A stretch of 64,000 nt of DNA from Pseudovirgaria hyperparasitica (lineage: Eukaryota), in NCBI GenBank assembly GCA_010093815.1, contig ML996565.1, one strand, 5' to 3'. The notes under the pieces are model-generated. The model made no database searches. It saw only the letters and a program-made list of their open reading frames with translations, and had not been told where the DNA came from. Positions 1 to 12,766 of this stretch are shown here, in pieces; within the stretch, counting starts at the first letter, position 1, and each line of letters begins with the position of its first letter. The translations under genes were made by a program, and so were the position numbers.

Positions 1-3000
1 ATGCTTGAGAGAATATCATAGATGCATAGCTGGGTACGACGGTCAATGGTCGCCAAGACAGGCACGGTTGAGCATTGCAGAGGCAAAAGCGAACGGTCTA
101 TTTGGGGTTCGCGAACAGCATATAATTCGGTATATAACACAGAATCTCCTTGTTTATTTCTGATCTAAACTCGATTCGGAACATAATTAACCATGTGAGA
201 AGTGGACAATGCTTTCACTGTCACCTCTTACGGTAGCATTAAATCCACATTTTCCATCCAACGCTCTTACACAATATCTGAGCACAGATTACCTTGACAT
301 AATTTTGAACAACGTGGTAAGATACCAGCTTATCAACTGTGTGTTGACATGGGTAACATAACAGCAGCATTATTATCTCTAAGGCGGCGTCCCTACCCCT
401 AAATCACCATCTGCAAACGGCTCGACCACGAACCGCGCAGAGCACCACTATTGCAGCTGTAGGCTTGTTGCTTTCTTCTTGTTGTCAGAAAACGATGCCT
501 TTGAGTTTATGGGATCAGCAGTGGCTTCATCTGGAAGGAGCTCAAAGAATATGTCAATGTGGCCACAGATATCCGACCATTGAAGATGAATTGGCTCATC
601 AGAAAAGCGACCAATCGCAGGTTGGCAAATATCTTCACATGCGGTCCGCATCCATGGTATGATATCTAGGAGGAGGATCCCATTCATCTCTGAGGCTGCA
701 AAGCTCGGCGCAGGAGAACAATGACGATGTCCATAGGTTGGGGAAAGATCTGAAAGCTTGCTATAGGGCAGTATTATGATCAGGGCTATCCTTCAAAATT
801 CATCACTAGCCTTGCTAAACAGGAGTATATTAGATCTCAAGGGTGGCCGTCCTGCTTAAGACTTAAAAATTCTACACCGTACATTATCAACGCCGAGCCA
901 TGGGCTTTGACTGATACAAGACAATTCGGTTTTAGACTACAACAAAGCATTTCTCAGAACTGATGAACGATGGCTTTTTGAACCATAAAGCGGATTGCAG
1001 TGACTGCTAGCTCGAGTATACTTGTCTCCGGTCCTATCGTGGCGACCCTTGTTCTCGAATCATGCAGTAGGTTGTAAAATTCGATGCGCAAAGTCTAGAT
1101 TAGTTGAGCCTTTTTGTGGAATATAAAGCGTATTATCTCTTGGTTGGTGGCTTCCTTTCCGACGCGGCAACCAAGTTTTGGACCTTAATCCATTGTATAA
1201 CCTGATACACACCTGCTGGTCCATGAGTCGCCGTATATGCATCTACGCTTCTTAGCTGAGGATCCTCCTAGGAGGCCAACTCTGTGTTCGTCTGGCGACG
1301 TTGTCAAGCACCCCTTTGATGCGTCCCAGGGTGCGGCGCTTTTCTTGATAGCTGGCTGCGAGTCCTTGAAGTTTCGCAAGTTTACATAACTGATAGCACG
1401 TAAGCTTTTCTTTATTGCCTGTCCCATATTGCTCAGCTGATTGTGGCCAGGGCCCCCAGATCGGTAGCAGAACATTGTCAAACAGAATTCCTGTCTCCAA
1501 TCAGTGGCTTGCGATGTTTCGTATACAATAAATGCTGCACGTCAGGTATTAAAATTACTTTTTGGCATCGTTGCAGATACTTATCATCAGTTCTTGTCAA
1601 CAATCAAGGTATAATGAGACATTCTTGGAGCACCCTGAAAGATCCCATTTTTAAGCCGTGTCGAATCAGATCAGTGCGCTTCTGCAACACGATGCGGCTT
1701 TATCCAATGGGAACCTGTACTTCAAGGACTTCGAGGAGTGTCTCAACAACGAAAGACCAATTCACGGTCTAGATTGTCATCTCTGAGGTGTCACTGGAGC
1801 TCGCTCTCAAGTATGCTCATGACGAGACTCCATGTATGTTTTCTCGACAGGACCCATGACAGTATTCACTCACATCCACTGTAATCAATTACAGTAATAC
1901 CCATCCTGGTATTTCTTTTCAGAAGCTGGAGTAGGTTCAAGAAAGGACCGCAGAGGTAAGTGAGCGAGCTATCTGACCCATCCTTTGTAGGAGAATGCAT
2001 GACAGTTGCTTGGGCTCGGTCCAGACTGTCCAGCACTGGCTCGATAGTCTTGAAACACTCGAGGAGAACGTGGTGATATTATTCTTGAGACCATGGTACT
2101 CATCCTCCACCATACGAGCTCTCGCGATATTTGTGTCATCTTCAGCAAGAGTCTACTCAACAGAAACCTAGCGAGATTGGCGACTAGTGTGACCGTACCG
2201 ATGTAAACGCGAGTGAAACGATGCGCAGTGGTTCAATCAGGTCAACGTACAATGCGAGCATCATACAGCGATAGCAAAAAACCTCAACTACTTCCCGATT
2301 GATACGCAATCTGGCACGCTTAGACTTGAGAACACCACTGCGAACAAGGGAGCTATGGATGTCAGCGTCTAGGCCGATCAGATCCATGCTGGTGGCCATA
2401 GCTCCTGCAAGCTTCATGGTGGAGAGGTGAACGACCCAGCTCGAGAGCAGTGGTGCTCGTACTTTTTATGAGCGGCAACATGAACCTTGTTTGTGCTTTG
2501 GTTCGGAGGAAGAGGTTGGGTGATGCGATTTCCATATGCCTAATCAAAATAACGAGTGAAGAAGCTTCGACTTCTCTTTTTGTGATAGATTACAATATTT
2601 TGCTGATAATGGCTCAGCAGGCAGAAAACCTTCGGAGTGAAATATACCTTTTCATTGTATGCAAATACATAATGGCTATTTATAAGTTTGAGACAGGCCT
2701 TACAGTGCCACAGCAGCAGCTAAGGTGTCAGGCAGGTACCGCGGCCCGGCTGGCCTTTCGCTGACCACACTGAACACGATTCAATTTAGCATAAACCGAC
2801 CAAAAAACCCGCAAGACGTAATGATATGTTCATTCAGAGTCAAGACTGCGAGAAGGAGCTATAATGAGAGCTAGCAGTAGAGAGCTCACCGCTGTACTTG
2901 CCATGAAGCGTCCCTTTGATGGCTGCAGTGCAGCGAGCTAAGCGATTCGGCGCCTCCCTCGAGACTTCAGCTAGAGGACCGAACTGAACTAGGCGCAGTC

Positions 3001-4036
3001 AGCATGATTTTCCATTTCCAGGGGTACGTGAACTTTACAATCGTATTCTGCAACGCCGTGTCAGCAGAACCAGAAGTATGTTTCCGAAGTCAGGGTCGTC
3101 CATCGAATTACACATTTTGCAGATATGACTACAGAACATATCTTAAATCTTTCTGTCTGTCGAAGTTGACTTAGAACACCAGTACCCCACTAATTAGACT
3201 CGCGCGATCAGCGTCGTGAGGTGGGCCGGGGTCTTCACTCGGCAGGGGCCTACCCGTTGCTTTGCGGGCTTAGCCTACCCCGCCGTTCTGAAAGCGCTTG
3301 AAGACGTCTGACGGTCGAAACAGACAGGATTGGCTGTCGTCGTGCGGATCCATTCAATTTGTGAGAGGCGTCTCACAAGCTTACACGGGAAGATGCTGAT
3401 TCCGTGAGTTGGGCCATGTGCTCTTTCAGATCGGTCCGCTTCTTCGATCGTGATAATACTAATTTCGAATTAAACTCATTCCTTGTTTTCAAACTTGCCA
3501 GGCTCCTTCTAGAATGCAACTCGAGTTATGAAGTAATGGAAAGCAAAGCGTCGTCAGTAATCTGGGCTTGATTTCTCTGCCGTAAGACTCTGACCATGCA
3601 TGCCCAGGCGTCTCTTCAAACACAACTGCGGCGTATGAGATTACCGTCAGACTGCGGTACTGGCTACTCAGAAACGAATCAGACAGCGAGCGATGGGTAA
3701 CAGCGGGACTAGCGCTACTTGGTGTGATAGAAAGCGTCTCGAATACACAGCCTCCTTAGGCCGTGTACTCCTAGTCGGTTTCGCTTCGATCCGAAGAACA
3801 AGGGCGGTCGAGTTGTTGCTTCTTTTCGTTGGCTGAAAGTAGCTGAGGAGAAGATAGATGATGACAGCGAGACATCGTCCTTAAGTAGCTGTGCCTTCCC
3901 ACATGTCCCACTCAATTATCGTTCTTCTCAAACTTGCTCAATTGTGCTCGACCCATCAATACTAGATCTACTCAGTATCAGCTAGTCAATTGACCAATCA
4001 TCAGCCTCACAGCCTTACCAGAATATATCTCCCAAC

Positions 4037-4773
4037 ATGAAGTACGCTTACGCCATCGCTGCTGCTGTACCAGTCGTCCTCGCTGAACTCCACGACGTCA
4101 CTGTTGGTGATGATCGGCAGCTTCAGTTCGACCCTCAAGTTGTGACTGCGGCAGTGGGTGATCAAGTCCGCTTTACGTTCTACCCAGATCACGACGTAGC
4201 TCAAGGCGCCTTTTCGAGCCCTTGCACACCTAGCGATGGTGGCTTCTACAGTGGCAGATTGAACTTCACGGACAATACAAACCTCGATGCAGAGGCTACG
4301 CAGCAGTTCACCATTGACGTGACCAACACGGACCCAATCTGGTATTACTGCACGACTGCGCAACATTGCCAGAGTGGCATGGTTGGCGGAATCAATATCC
4401 CGTATGAACCACTTTTGTATGCTCTGCATCACATGATTGACAGATTGATAGATCAGACGGTGATAACACCATCGACGCGTACTCTTCGGCAGCTGCGACA
4501 GCACCAAGAAATGTACGACCCGAGGGAGCGATGGTAGCTGGCGGCATGTTGTCTGACAACGACGAGGCAGACAATCCGTCAGTAACACCTAGCCCATCAG
4601 CTATACCCAGCCCATCAGAAATGCCTACTCCTGCAGCCTCAGGCTCAGGCACCCCGAGTGGAACAGAGGCAGCGCCAAGCGCGACTTCAAATGCGGCCAC
4701 TGCTGCCAATGGGCAGGTTGGAACGTCAACCTTCCTTGCACTGTTTGCCGGTGTCGTTGCGTGGTTTTTGTAG
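4037..4773 (+). CDS. Secreted, probably GPI-anchored cupredoxin-domain (extracellular serine-rich) protein; exons 4037-4401, 4452-4773
   Basis: Signal peptide MKYAYAIAAAVPVVLA; cupredoxin motifs VGDQVRFTF..HDVAQ and WYYCTTAQHCQSGMVG (His/Cys/His/Met type-1 Cu ligands). A 50-nt GTATGA..TTGAC..TAG intron joins ORF 4037 to the frame of ORF 4531. Ser/Pro/Thr-rich stalk and hydrophobic C-terminus (TFLALFAGVVAWFL). Confidence 0.88.
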
Positions 4774-5787
4774 AGCGTAAGATGCCCAACGGGGTTATAG
4801 AAGCTGGGGTATTATACACCGAAACCGCGGGACTTTGGAGGTATTATATTTGCCGGAGAGCCGCAGGGGACGGTACGACTCGGCACGATATACCGGAGCC
4901 ATGGTCACCGGTGTATCGGAACGGAGTACAAGTTCTTTTGCGCAGTAAAGAGACCTGTCTATATCGTTTTGGTACACGACAATGACAATCAATAAAGTAT
5001 TTCCATCCCATTACAGTGGATGGGCTAGCTAGTGCTCACGCTGCTTCGTAATTCTTCAGCGATCCGTGGCGAACCAGATCATGGCAGTGCAAGACTTCGT
5101 CATGATACCTGCAAGTCACCAGCTCAGGCCACGGAGAATTCGCTCATGGCGGCAGTCCGATGTGACTTCGCGTTACGTGTAACCCTCCAGCCGTGGCAAT
5201 CAATAAAGCGCCGGCCGCCTAGCAACCCAAAAATAGCGCTGTCAACGTCGATCTCCCCTTACAAACTGTGGGGTGCCTTGGCGGCCTGGCAACGTCAACC
5301 TCTCAAGATTCTCACGTGGACTCCGATGACCCAACTGAGCCGTTCTCCTCAGCCTCCTTGCAACGGCTATCGACGACGCACATGGATCGCACTTGACCAT
5401 CCCTAATGCTTCTAATGGCGCGGTCTGGTAGCGGAGTCTCACGACGCAAACCTGTTAAGCTGCGACATCCAATAATTTATGACGTATGACACACCTACTA
5501 GGCAAGGCTTCTGCGTGGGTGAACCTTACCTAAGGTTGCCGTATTGGGTGTCTCTGGTCTTGGTCGTTTGTTTTGGTGGATATTCTAACAGCTGATGCTT
5601 TCGAGAGCACGGAAATGAAGCACAAGGAAGGAGGTACTGTAGTGATATATAAAGCTGTGGTCCTTCATCGTGAAATATATCTCATCATCAACAAACTCTG
5701 CAATCAATCATCCATCATCACTACAGCACCTCTCAGAAAACACAATACACACCTAGTCATCATCCCAACTACCGCCCAAACATCAGA

Positions 5788-6289
5788 ATGCAGTTCTCTC
5801 TCGTATCCGTCCTCGCCCTCGCGGCTTCTGCCACCGCTGTCTCCGTCTCCTTCGACAATGTCTACGACTCCTCCTCCACACCTCTTGCCAACACTCAATG
5901 TTCCGACGGCGCAAATGGTCTCATCACACGCTACGGCTGGACGACTCTCGGCCAAGTACCTAAATTCCCCAACGTGGGTGGTGCAGGACCGGTGCAAAGC
6001 TGGAACTCGGCTAACGTGAGTATCCTTCACCCATCTCTCTCCTCTCCCTCTGCTCTCGTCATGGATATATGCTTGGAGAAATGCTGATGTTTTTTGACAG
6101 TGCGGCAAATGCTACAAACTCACTTACGGCTCTCAAAGCGTGAACGTCCTCGCTGTAGACGGCACGACCGACGGCAGCTTCAATATTGCGCAAGCCGCGA
6201 TGAACACGTTGACGAATGGGCAGGCGGCACAACTTGGGAGAGTCGAGGCTGGCGTCGAGGAGGTTGCAGCCGGTGAATGTGGGTTGTAG
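5788..6289 (+). CDS. Cerato-platanin family secreted protein (SnodProt1/Sm1/Epl1-like); exons 5788-6015, 6101-6289
   Basis: Signal peptide; VSFDNVYD..CSDGANGL..GGA..WNSAN|CGKCYKLTY..VLAVDG..FNIAQAAMNTLTNGQA..LGRV..CGL with four Cys, which is the family signature. Intron 6016-6100 is GTGAGT..GCTGAT..CAG. Confidence 0.95.
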
Positions 6290-9216
6290 ATATGATGATG
6301 CTTTACGATGAGAATATGCTGAGTATCTTGTTTACTTGGTCGTGTTGCATAGCCTGAAATAAATTGTTGAGCAAAGCTCGGGTTAGCGGTTAGCATAATG
6401 TCTTATTATTACCGCAAATGGAATAGTCCTGTTGTTATATGAAGTCTTTTGCCTCTCGACACCAGAGATGTGACAGAATATATACGTATTTTTCATCAGT
6501 TCGCGGTGCATGCAGGGTACCGATGTCCTCCTTCTAGGATAAACTACAAAAATCATCTAGTTAACAGCCATTGTTTTATCCTATATCCCGAGACTAATAG
6601 GCATGACAGTAAGATCTGTAACATATCTGTCCTGCCCAAGGGATGGACGGTATATTTGTAGAGAGTAGATATCGGGAGTCCGAGGTATCAAGGATAATCA
6701 GGTATATTATAGAGTAAAGGTCAATATAGAAGAGTAACAGGTAAGTAGTACTCATTGTCAGATAGTACTGTCTTGAGTAAAACTCCTGTGTGCATGTATG
6801 TGTCGTGATTGAGTAGTTGCCCATCTGGATCGCTTGTGCTGAAGTTTTTCCATCGTTCTTGTTGTCCTCCTTCCATGCGTACCTTTGTGCTTAATCTTAG
6901 TAGGTAGTTATATATACATATAAGACGACTACACAGTGAATGCCTGGTTCATCACCTATCTCCACTGGCGATCTTAGTAGAGCTTGAACGTTGTCTGCAA
7001 CCAAAAGACTTCGCTTCTAGTAGCCCACATTAAGACTGTAGTATCTAGCCCTAGTAGCAAAGCTTCTTTTGCTGCGTCGTCGTTAGGGAACGAAACCAGC
7101 TACGAAACACAAAGCAAACGCGCCTGCAATGCCCACTCATAGTTCAATTCGGGTTTATATTTCTGCCGACAGTCCCTTTAATACTTGTGATGCTCCGAGT
7201 GGGGGACTATTTGAGCCACCGAGGCTGGCTGATCTTTGGTGTGTTGAATTCGTCAGTTGTGTTGCTAGTAGGCATTGGAATGCTTATAGTTGGTGGTGGA
7301 CTGAGCACGCTACTCGTGAGACTGGACAATATGAGCAATGACGAAGCCGTCTAACTTTCAGTGTCTCCGTCAAGAGGTAGAGATAGTGGCTCTTGAGTCG
7401 GTTGTGGCGATGCCTTCCTGAAAGATACATCTATATTACATGAGAGTATACCACATTAGTTTAGTCTCTAGGCACTCAAGTAAAACATTTATGATACTGA
7501 AAGATCTTGCCTTGTTTCAACAAGGCAATTGTACCTGGTGACACCAACTGCACCCTCTGTTACACATCAGAGTCACTCAGTCAAATTTAAACGTTCTAGA
7601 TGAAGGCAACCATATGCGTGAAGTATTCCTGAGATCCATATCAATCTCCAGTTGTTACAGTTAGCTACGATAGACTTAGGGATGCAGAGATGCCCCCTTG
7701 CCTTCTTCGCCTTACATCCAAATTATGACTGTAGTTGAGTCTGTAGTATAAGGAGGACTACGGCTGAAATCACCAGCTTCATCAACAGCAGGGGGTTCAT
7801 GAATTGCATATTACATGTTAACCTGGCTATCCACAGTGTCACGATAACTACATTGAGAGGGTACTCAGAGATCGAAGAAGACACGAGCAATATGTTGGAA
7901 TGGGAACTAGGAGAATAGTAGTGACGCTTCGAGGGAACGAAAACAATGTAAACAAGTAGTAATTACAGCTGAGGTACAGATTGCTCATATATCATGTCAG
8001 AGTATGTTATCATGCCATGGGGCACGGTTCATTTAGTGAACTTCGTGCGGGCGGTTGTCGAAACAGTCTAACATTTCGGTAGCCGCTCTTGCGGGTGGCG
8101 TAAAAATTTGCTGACCATGCAGTAGGCTCCATGTAGGGCAAACACGATCAGGAAAAATGAACAGGTTGTGTTCTTCCCATAACTCAAGGTCGTTTCATGC
8201 GGCTCTCATGAAGTTCAACTGTATAGTTTCCCTTTTATAATATCTCTGAGCTGTTACCTATGTTGAGTAGAATGATTCTTTGTATGAATTATGTATTATA
8301 TGTTCGAAATGAGCTCTAAGAATGCTGTCGCACACCGTGAGGTAAGGCTGAGACACCCACTGTATGTATGCATGAGACTAGGCCACTCATCTCCCAGCGC
8401 TAAAGTGCCGAATCAAAGGCCGAGGGGGAGCAAGGATTAGTCCTGCAGCTTGTTCGGCGCCAAAGCTATTCCTCGATTCTTTACCGTTCAAGACCCTGAT
8501 CGAAATTCATACAAAATACAGAGTGATCAAGGCCCTATATGGCGTAGATTCGTAGTGTAAAGTTGGTACACTCAGACCACACGAACACATCGATTATGAT
8601 AATGACAGACTGGAAAACTTCGAAGGTCCATCTTATAGATAGTGATACTACGGGTGGGGCTGGGGCGTAGCAGCGTTATTAAATTTAGGATTGATTAGTT
8701 AGAAAGCTCTGATCTGTCGGCACTACTCAGCCCCACTCAGCAATATTACGTGGATCTCACGTTGGTTTTCACGTATGTTTGCCTGATTCTTTCTGTAACT
8801 TTTCCTTTCCTTGAGTATGTTAAGAGTCAGGGTTCGGATTAAAGGTCTTGGGTCATATAAAGAATAGCGGAGGGCAATTATTCCTAGTAGACCGTGATAG
8901 TTGTACACCTGAGTAGAAGGTTAGTAGGTTAGAGTTACTCATACGACTGCGAAATATTCTGATGTGCAAGCTCATACAACACAGGTAAGAAAGAAACACG
9001 ATCCCTGGATGAGGCGCACCCACATGCATGACAAGTTAAGGAATGCCTGCAGGGCTCAAGTATATAGTGGGACGTTGGCGGCTCCAATTTTAGATGCAGC
9101 TCCAGCGCCAGACCTCCTTCAATGCCAAAAATCTCAGATGCTCAGATCCGGCTCCCCAAGCCTCAAAACCCTCGAACAACTCTCCTGAATCTCTCTCTTT
9201 AAGCATTTGAACAGAC

Positions 9217-10359
9217 ATGCTGTCCTTGCGACAGATGTTTCACTCAAGATACGTCAACAACTACACGTTCTCCATCGCATGCGCTGTCCTACTACTATGC
9301 CTGTGGAGCATTGGTTCGCGCTCCGTTCCATACCTTACAGGGCCACATGAAGAGCCATTCATAGAGCTACATACAGAGCCACATGCAGAGCTATATACAG
9401 AGCCACATACAGAGCCACATACAGAGCTACATACAGAGCCACATGCAGAGCCATATACAGAGCCACATGCAGAGCCACATACAGAGCTACATACAGAGCC
9501 ACATGCAGAGCCATATACAGAGCCACATGCAGAGCTACATACAGAGCACAATATCCCCAAAATCTTATGGTACAAACTGGGCCCGAATGGTATGAACGAC
9601 GATACACGGGCATGGACTAGTACCTGCATCACAAACAATCCGGAGTACCGCGTTGAATTCATGACGGACGAGACTGCAGATGAGTATGTCCAGAGGACAT
9701 TTTCTTCGTCACGCCCCGACATTGTCGAAAGCTACCTCAACATTTCAATTCCTATTCTGAAGGCTGATCTACTACGTTATCTACTGCTGTGGGATCAGGG
9801 TGGTGTATGGTCCGACCTTGATGTCTCCTGCGAAGCGGATAACTACATCGACGAGTGGATACCTTTGGAACATAGAGACAAAGCTGGACTTGTCGTCGGA
9901 TGGGAATTTGATATGGGATATGATAGACCCATTCTTCGCCAGTTCGCATCATGGACTATTATGGCAAGGCCCCGGTCACCGCATATGCTGCAAATCATCG
10001 ATGACATAGTCCACGCGCTGGAAGAAAAAGTAGAAGAGCATCATGTGCCGCTTCAGAACTTGACTCTTGCTATGACAGGAGATGTTGTGGACTTCACTGG
10101 ACCAAGACGTATGACATTTGGTATCTACAAGAGCCTTGGAAAGATATTGAACAGGCCTGTTGGACAGGAAGAAATCCAAGAGCTACTGCAGCCAAAAATG
10201 ATTGGTGACGTTCTAGTGTTACCCGGACGATCTTTTGCGGCGTCATGCAATACATACAAGCCTGAAGAAGAAGAGCTGCTCCCTCGTCAATTGATTACGC
10301 ATCACTATGCCGGCTCTTGGAAAAACGACAAAGGTGGCGAGTCTAAGCAAGCCCATTGA
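9217..10359 (+). CDS. Och1-like alpha-1,6-mannosyltransferase (glycosyltransferase family 32), intronless, with His/Glu/Pro/Thr repeat stem
   Basis: N-terminal signal-anchor; IPKILWY, ILKADLLRYLLLWDQGGVWSDLDV (DxD), LVVGWEFD, QFASWTIMARPRSPH, FTGP and HHYAGSWK motifs typical of fungal GT32 enzymes. Confidence 0.92.
   Translation: MLSLRQMFHSRYVNNYTFSIACAVLLLCLWSIGSRSVPYLTGPHEEPFIELHTEPHAELYTEPHTEPHTELHTEPHAEPYTEPHAEPHTELHTEPHAEPYTEPHAELHTEHNIPKILWYKLGPNGMNDDTRAWTSTCITNNPEYRVEFMTDETADEYVQRTFSSSRPDIVESYLNISIPILKADLLRYLLLWDQGGVWSDLDVSCEADNYIDEWIPLEHRDKAGLVVGWEFDMGYDRPILRQFASWTIMARPRSPHMLQIIDDIVHALEEKVEEHHVPLQNLTLAMTGDVVDFTGPRRMTFGIYKSLGKILNRPVGQEEIQELLQPKMIGDVLVLPGRSFAASCNTYKPEEEELLPRQLITHHYAGSWKNDKGGESKQAH
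9343..9549 (+). repeat. Coding tandem repeat: 12-nt unit (GAG-CYA-YAT-RCA; E-P/L-H/Y-T/A) arranged as three near-identical 60-nt higher-order units at 9361-9540
   Basis: 9421-9480 and 9481-9540 differ at 1 of 60 positions; 9361-9420 differs from 9421-9480 at 3 of 60. Confidence 0.95.
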
Positions 10360-11399
10360 CATGATTTCCACACATACTGCAACATTCGGACTGCTATGAC
10401 TGGTAAGTCTTGGCTTCCCAGGTTGCTCTATTACCCAAACCGCATCTGCGGACATACCTCTACGGCTGCCAGGGTCGTTCGTATGTGAGCTCGTGTGCGA
10501 TGAAGCATTCGAAACACGAATGTTCGAGAAAATGGGCTAGTAAGGGCCGGACAATCGAGAACCGATAAACATGACGCATATCAATTACCAATCTCCAATG
10601 CCACACTGTGCGTACGAGATGTGCAATGACATGATCGACGAAGGCAACAGTTGACCTGGAGTGAGAGTCAGTGTGAGAGGATTACTATGTTGGTGTTGAA
10701 TTTAATGCTACTGGAACTTCGCAATGGTCCGAGAAAGGGGGCCGAGCATACTGCAGAAGCCAGTGACCAGAGGAAGAAGGGAGAGACATTCAAACCATGC
10801 GAAGACTTATACCCACGCCATATAGAGATCTGACTAGATTTGAACGCGGCAGAGCTACCATTGCATTCAGCATTGTATCATCTCAATTGTCATACCCGAT
10901 CTATCCACCGAGCAGACGGAAAACCATGATTGGTTGAGAATTGGGCAACACGTTTCATTGGATAGAGCAAGTGGATCGAAAATGAACATCACGAAAAAGG
11001 ATACACCAATACCTGGATCAACATATGTACTTCAGCAGAATCTCTAAATAGAATGATAGCAGTAGACCTGAATTATAGAGGGACGCCCAAGAGCAGGAAG
11101 TCTTGGTATTCAGAAATAATCACCCATGATTCGAAACATGTCGCTCAAGTGCTCTGTAACGCGTCCATACTAGTGACCATCTAGAGATAGAGTAATGAGC
11201 CATGCTTGAATCTTCTTGTAGATCATTTAGCGCTGTTGCTGTCTACATAGCTTAGCCTGTAATAATGTTGGTCCAGTAGCCACAAGGTTCTGATAGTCCG
11301 AAATATGCCTCAGCGACGTCTGCAATCCACAGATGGACAGATGACCCTGTATACTATACATGAATCTTTGAGGTCTGCTTTACATGTCATCACCAGAAG

Positions 11400-12381
11400 A
11401 TGTTCTTTTCGTCAAAAAGAGCTCTGTCATGTCTCTCAACAATCAATCGCACCGTAAATAAAGCAAGGAGGTACAAATTCGCCATCGCCTCTTTCTCCGA
11501 ACTCGTCGCCGTGCGTGTATCACAGAAGATACAAAAAATGAAGTTGTTTTCCTTTACTTTCTCTGTATCAAATTCTTTGCCCAGCACAGCCTAACTGCTT
11601 GTGGATAGACGCCTAGAACTGGTGAGATACGGGCATTCATGTCCATCACAATCGATCAGTTCAGCATTCTCGATGATGCCATCTTTGACGAGGATGGGAC
11701 TACCGCAATCTCTTCCAAACAGATTCTGAGCTCGAATGGACAGAGCAATCATGCCAGCAAGAACGAACAGGGCAAGGAGATACACGACTTAAGTTCGGTC
11801 ATTGACATTGAGACAGAGCGGGAGAGAATCAGTTTGACGAAAAGAGAGGACATAGAGTGGGCATGCAAATACTGCCTCGCAAGAGCTGGGGCCGACGCAT
11901 GCAACAACGGCAGCAATGGGATCGACCGACTACCTGAGATTATCTGGCATTGTGGCTTCATGGGAATCATGCGGTAGTGATTCGTCTCCGGTTCAGCTTA
12001 ATCATACAAAGTGTACCGGCAGCTACTGTAAAAGAATCAGGATCCAAGGTCGTATGCTGTACTGAAAGATATGAATAACCAATCCTATACAGCTTCCAGT
12101 TGACTTGTATCCCGAAAATCCGGTGATGCGTCAAGCGCATGCACGTGTTTATGCAATCTGGAACTCTGTTTCAAATCGTTCAAACCATCAAGTGGATCTG
12201 CGGGCTAGGGATGGATCTACAGGCCTTGCGAAACGACATGGTCTCGCGTATAACACGAAATCAAAATGTACAGCCGATGAACAGAGGACACAAGCGAAGG
12301 CGATTCGACTTTCAAAACGCGGAACAATTATTTAGACGCGAATGTGAAAGTCGAACGCGTCCTCGAGCGAGAAGCATCTAA
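11400..12381 (+). CDS. Possible multi-exon hypothetical protein (11400-11510, 11609-~11975, possibly continuing into the 12139-12381 frame)
   Basis: GTGCGT donor at 11511 and CTAAC..TAG acceptor at 11608 are both phase 0 and join ORF 11400 to the frame of ORF 11639. No recognisable domain; the 3' exons are uncertain. Confidence 0.3.
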
Positions 12382-12766
12382 CCTATTAGGGTTAGCATTA
12401 TGCTAAGTCAGCATGGCGCTTTGGTTTTCATATTGTGTCCATCGCGTAGCCTCACTCTTTCTCCTCCGTGCTATACCATGATGTGCAGAAACGCACACCG
12501 CGAGCAAGAACAGCTGGCTCATAGGTTATAGACTCGCATAAATTCTACCAGAATACAGGTCCAGACTACCAATCTGTCCTGAACACGTTAGTGTGTGATG
12601 CAGTATTTGACGACCCGCATAGAGCTGGGTCCGCCACAGATATGGGTTCAGCTGAGGGGCATTCCAGTCAAAGCCGCATATAAATACTGGAAATCGTACG
12701 CTTCCACGCTGATACGATGAAATCCCAGACTCGCTCGACAGCCGGAGAGCTAAGTTGTTTTTTACC

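Noticed and set aside
9261..9722. Cys-rich (SACGSVC) and other repeat ORFs in alternative frames
   Set aside because: They are by-products of the 12-nt repeat inside the GT32 CDS.
11390..11785. Minus-strand small secreted protein (MYLLALFVLAG...)
   Set aside because: It begins at GTG right after a stop and is interrupted by TAG; the splice signals favour a plus-strand model.
12386..12395. TTAGGGTTAG as a telomere remnant
   Set aside because: Under two units; at most a telobox-like promoter element upstream of the FAD oxidoreductase.
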